Virus record (IMG/VR): IMGVR_UViG_3300029400_000004
Direction: 5' to 3' (one strand)
Length of the DNA stretch: 44,711 nt
DNA from: a virus
Positions 42,040 to 44,711 of this stretch are shown here, one piece after another. The first letter of the stretch is position 1, and each line of letters begins with the position of its first letter. The notes under the pieces are model-generated. The model saw only the letters and a list, made by a program, of their open reading frames with translations. It did not search any database and was not told where the DNA came from. Both the position numbers and the translations under genes were made by a program.

Positions 42040-42576
42040 ATGGCAATCAATATACCTTTAGTACATATATCGGATTTAACAGAGAAAAAGACAATATCAG
42101 ATGATGATTACATGCTTACTGGTGGGAGTACCGCCAGTAAGGTTAAGTGGTCAACGATCGTGTCTCTGATAAAAACTAAATTAGGGATTGGAAATATAGA
42201 AGATAGTATAAGTAAAATACAGTCAGATATTTCTACGTTAAATAGTGATTTTTCAAGTTTACAGTATAAAACCTATGGCATTGATGGATTTGCTATTAAA
42301 AAAAATAGTCAGTTAGCAATGATTTATATATGGTATGGCAAAAGTTTGACAGGCGGTAATACAAATCAAACTTTATTAACATTGCCCAACGGTATTACAT
42401 TTAACAATGAAGTTTTCACTCCTTGTGAAATCATTGACGGAAATTGGACTCCACGTGGAAATACTGGGTACATAACTATACATAACAATACAGTGGACAT
42501 AAGATGCAAAGATACAACATCTTACGGTGTCGTAATAGCAAATGTGATTGTTCCTGCATCATACATTAATATTTAA
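42040..42576 (+). CDS. Tail fibre / receptor-binding protein (constant N-part plus currently expressed head cassette 1)
   Basis: 178 aa with RBS AAGGAGTG. The N-terminus (..LTEKKTISDDDYMLTGG..) and short coiled-coil neck ending ..ISTLNSD are typical of fibre proteins. Confidence 0.7.
   Translation: MAINIPLVHISDLTEKKTISDDDYMLTGGSTASKVKWSTIVSLIKTKLGIGNIEDSISKIQSDISTLNSDFSSLQYKTYGIDGFAIKKNSQLAMIYIWYGKSLTGGNTNQTLLTLPNGITFNNEVFTPCEIIDGNWTPRGNTGYITIHNNTVDIRCKDTTSYGVVIANVIVPASYINI
42234..42251 (+). repeat. Left copy of the 18-bp repeat TACGTTAAATAGTGATTT (encodes TLNSD at the neck/head junction)
   Basis: A perfect inverted copy lies at 43307-43324. Extending both copies to 24 bp (42228-42251 and 43307-43330) gives 23/24 identity. 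Confidence 0.9.
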
Positions 42577-42588
42577 TAGTTCTATTAA

Positions 42589-42961
42589 CTAAATAGTGAT
42601 TTTTCTTTCGATTTTACATTAGTTCCAAACGGCAACTTAAAAACCTATTTGAATGTATTCAAAGTTAAAAATGAGCTTATTATAATTGGTGGAGTTGACG
42701 TTCCATTTAAATAGAAAAAACATATTCTTTCTTGATAATAAACGGATTGACTGCCGTTCAAAAAATGCAACAAGTCCGCAATTTACGTTCATGTTTCCAA
42801 ATTTAACAGAAACAAAGCGTATATCTGATGGTTACTGGTATGACAACACTTATCACGCAAGTTTTATGGCATGCAAAGATGGAAATGTTGTTTATTTTTC
42901 TTCAAGTTGGCAAGTAGTATCTCCAACAGGAACAGTTACTTACGATGTCTATGCAAGGTAA
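42589..42961 (+). other. Silent alternative fibre head cassette 2 (direct orientation, startless, one frameshift)
   Basis: Opens with TAAATAGTGATTTTTC (42590-42605), identical to 42239-42254. In-frame stops lie immediately upstream. Reads LNSDFSFDFTLVPNG.. to TAG 42712, then continues in the +1 frame (track ORF 42686..42961). Confidence 0.6.
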
Positions 42962-42963
42962 GA

Positions 42964-43324
42964 CTAATTATCAAATACAATTCCACCTTGGTCTATATAC
43001 ACGTTTGGTGGTGCTATAACCGTATAAAATCCCCATTGTGGAAGACCGTTTATAGTAATTACATTTTTGCTTGCAGAACATGATATATTTTCAGATACAA
43101 CATTGGTAGTTGCATCAATGATAATATCTTCGCCACTTATATTTATTGAGATTATGGCACAGCGTGATAAACCGTTTCCGTTTCCAAACAAAAATAGTGC
43201 GATTTTGTCACTTTTTGACTTTAAATTATCGTAATTTGATATGGTTACAGATATGCTCGTACCACTTCCACTTGTTTTAATTACTATATTGCGTAATTTA
43301 TTGGTTAAATCACTATTTAACGTA
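42964..43324 (-). other. Silent alternative fibre head cassette 3 (inverted orientation, no credible start or RBS)
   Basis: The minus-strand ORF reads ..YTLNSD-LTNKLRNIVIKTSGSG.. in the same codon phase as the fibre gene. A terminator lies immediately upstream on its own strand. Confidence 0.65.
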
Positions 43325-43329
43325 TAAAT

Positions 43330-43358
43330 AAAAAAACACCCTGCATGAAGCAAGGTGT
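43330..43358 (-). terminator. Minus-strand rho-independent terminator abutting the right repeat
   Basis: Minus strand reads CACCTTGC-TTCAT-GCAGGGTG followed by T8 (stem has one mismatch). Confidence 0.6.
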
Positions 43359-43370
43359 AAATAAATTACA

Positions 43371-43402
43371 AATGGAGATTAAGAAAGAAGAAAATCTCCA
43401 TT
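43371..43402 (+). other. 10-bp stem hairpin upstream of the lysis genes (no U-tract)
   Basis: AATGGAGATT / AATCTCCATT with a 12-nt purine loop. Confidence 0.5.
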
Positions 43403-43443
43403 CACATATTAACACAAACACTTAATAAATGAAAGGAGAAACT

Positions 43444-43713
43444 ATGAATCTCAAATTAAGATTAAAAAATAAGGCAACATTAACATCACTGATTATGGCA
43501 GCAGTGGCATTTATCTATCAGGTTTTAGGTATCTTAAATGTCGTTGTTCCAATCTCCCAGAATGACGTAGTGCAGGTGTTGGGTATCCTTATTAACTTAT
43601 TAGGAGTTATGGGTATCTTAGTTGACCCAACAACACCGGGAGTAGGAGATAGTGAACTTGCAAAAAGTAAAAATGATATTGCAGAAGTGATTGAATACAA
43701 AAAGGAGGACTAA
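43444..43713 (+). CDS. Holin (phiLC3/SPP1-type)
   Basis: Start moved to ATG 43444 (AAGGAG upstream). Two TM segments and the motif LVDPTTPGVGDSELA. Confidence 0.8.
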   Translation: MNLKLRLKNKATLTSLIMAAVAFIYQVLGILNVVVPISQNDVVQVLGILINLLGVMGILVDPTTPGVGDSELAKSKNDIAEVIEYKKED

Positions 43714-43715
43714 CA

Positions 43716-44471
43716 ATGGCGAACACAGTCAATAAGGTTCTTAATGTAGCTAAAGGAGAAGTTGGTTACTTAGAAAAGAAAAGTAATAAGTATCTTAACG
43801 ATAAAACAAAAAATGCAGGTAGCAACAACTACACTAAGTACGGAGCATACTTTGGTATTAACGGACCAGATGCTTACTGGTGTGACATGTTCGTGGATTG
43901 GTGTATGGTGCAGGCATACGGCAGGGATGTAGCAAAAAATCTCTTACATGGATTTAGTGCATACACTCCAACATCAGCACAAAAATTCAAAGACAGTAAC
44001 CAGTGGCATAAAACACCACGGATTGGAGACCAGATTTTCTTTAAGAACTCTCAAAGAATCTGCCACACTGGGATTGTGTATGCAGTAACTGATGAGATGG
44101 TGTTCACAATCGAGGGCAACACCTCTAATGGAACAGCCGTTGTACCAAACGGTGGTGCTGTATGCAAGAAGTCTTATGCTTTAGGCAATAGTCGTATCGC
44201 AGGATATGGACGACCTAAATATGATAACGTAAAAGTATCATACAGCGTTGTAAAAAAGAACTCTTCCAAGAATGCGATCAAGTGGTTACAGAAAAAACTG
44301 AACGCAAATTGTACATACGCAAACGAACATCCATTAGCTATTGATGGAATCTGGGGAGCAAAGACAACGCAGGCTTTGAAGAAATACTGGAAACAGTTAG
44401 GATGGAACACGTCTGGAACATATGCAGGAAAGAAAACTTGCACGGCTTTGAAAAAAAATCGAAAAAAGTAG
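43716..44471 (+). CDS. Endolysin: N-terminal CHAP domain plus C-terminal PG_binding_1 domain
   Basis: ..NNYTKYGAYFGINGPDAYWCDMFVDWC.. (catalytic Cys), ..ICHTGIVY..TIEGNTS.. (His). C-terminal LQKKLN...LAIDGIWGAKTTQALKKYWKQLG. Confidence 0.85.
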   Translation: MANTVNKVLNVAKGEVGYLEKKSNKYLNDKTKNAGSNNYTKYGAYFGINGPDAYWCDMFVDWCMVQAYGRDVAKNLLHGFSAYTPTSAQKFKDSNQWHKTPRIGDQIFFKNSQRICHTGIVYAVTDEMVFTIEGNTSNGTAVVPNGGAVCKKSYALGNSRIAGYGRPKYDNVKVSYSVVKKNSSKNAIKWLQKKLNANCTYANEHPLAIDGIWGAKTTQALKKYWKQLGWNTSGTYAGKKTCTALKKNRKK

Positions 44472-44520
44472 TTGCAATGTCGAAAATGATATGATATTAT
44501 AAACAACGTTGAAACGAGAA

Positions 44521-44539
44521 TGTTCCATTTTCGTTCCAA
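44521..44539 (+). repeat. Two TGTTCCA-type motifs left of the right att copy (candidate P-arm sites)
   Basis: TGTTCCAT at 44521 and CGTTCCAA at 44532, in the same orientation as the array at 181-299. Confidence 0.55.
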
Positions 44540-44588
44540 CCAAAATTGAGAACAATAGAGTTTATGCGGTTTAACATAGATTTGATTC

Positions 44589-44711
44589 CTTGACTTTTAA
44601 TCAAGTTGTCCGGGGTTCGAATCCCCGCACGCTCACTTCAAAAAGCACGGTTACCAAATGGCTAAATACCGTGCTTTTCTTGTATTTATACAGTTTTTAA
44701 GGGTACGACCT
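44589..44711 (+). repeat. Right copy of the 123-bp direct repeat (attR candidate) with a non-functional tRNA-Lys 3' fragment (44589-44635)
   Basis: Identical to 1-123. The 27 nt upstream (44562-44588) cannot form an acceptor stem or D arm, so there is no intact tRNA here. Confidence 0.85.

Larger units (their letters stand above)
1..44711. mobile_element. Temperate siphovirus-like prophage (lysogeny, recombination/replication, packaging, head, tail, lysis modules) integrated at the 3' end of a tRNA-Lys gene
   Basis: Integrase lies next to a tRNA fragment. A perfect 123-bp direct repeat sits at both window ends. Modular phage gene order throughout. Confidence 0.85.

Noticed and set aside
42621-42707. 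GTTCCA motifs inside fibre cassette 2 as evidence that Int acts on the fibre segment
   Set aside because: A 6-mer is expected about 20 times by chance in 2 x 44.7 kb. There are only two copies here, unphased.
44562-44635. Second intact tRNA-Lys at the right end
   Set aside because: The 27 nt upstream of the repeat cannot pair with the acceptor 3' strand (cacgctc) or form a D arm. Only a 3' fragment is present.

Overview
The window is essentially one complete temperate siphovirus-type prophage of about 44.5 kb. AT-rich sequence, AGGAGG-type ribosome-binding sites (RBSs) and frequent ATGA-coupled ORFs point to a low-GC Gram-positive (Bacillota-like) host. It is delimited by a perfect 123-bp direct repeat (1-123 = 44589-44711) that carries the 3' 47 nt of a tRNA-Lys(UUU) gene plus its terminator. 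Order from left to right: tyrosine integrase; two promoter/terminator mini-units; a double zinc-ribbon cargo gene; an ImmA/XRE-repressor immunity pair with a cro-like gene; an Xis-like gene; a recombination module (Gp157, Sak/Rad52, NinB, HNH-like, RusA); a replisome organiser with internal iterons. About 30 small early ORFs follow, including a 24x 9-aa-repeat protein, a frameshifted PAPS reductase and MazG, then an opposite-strand accessory island bracketed by two AP2-domain paralogues. The late region holds a TerS-TerL fusion terminase, portal, head morphogenesis protein, a cargo islet (membrane protein, DUF2829/Tad2-like, tRNA-Met), scaffold, major capsid, connectors, major tail protein, chaperones, a 1246-aa tape measure, a 1754-aa collagen-repeat tail tip/fibre protein, a small tail fibre, holin and CHAP endolysin. 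The most interesting signal is at 42040-43358. The small tail-fibre gene is followed by two promoterless alternative C-terminal cassettes, one direct and one inverted. Each opens with the same in-frame 16-18-bp site. This resembles a shufflon or Mu-G-like receptor-binding switch, but no invertase is encoded in the window. Other notable items: (1) TGTTCCA repeat arrays flank the att core, run through the 3' end of int, and recur almost identically inside the replication gene. (2) The lysis/lysogeny promoters are face-to-face. (3) An HTH-controlled islet of small acidic proteins has matched 7-3-7 operators. (4) A G8 tract splits the PAPS reductase. (5) An ILEI/FAM3-like lectin domain sits between collagen tracts of the giant fibre. 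All functional calls rest on motif recognition by eye; no database search was run.
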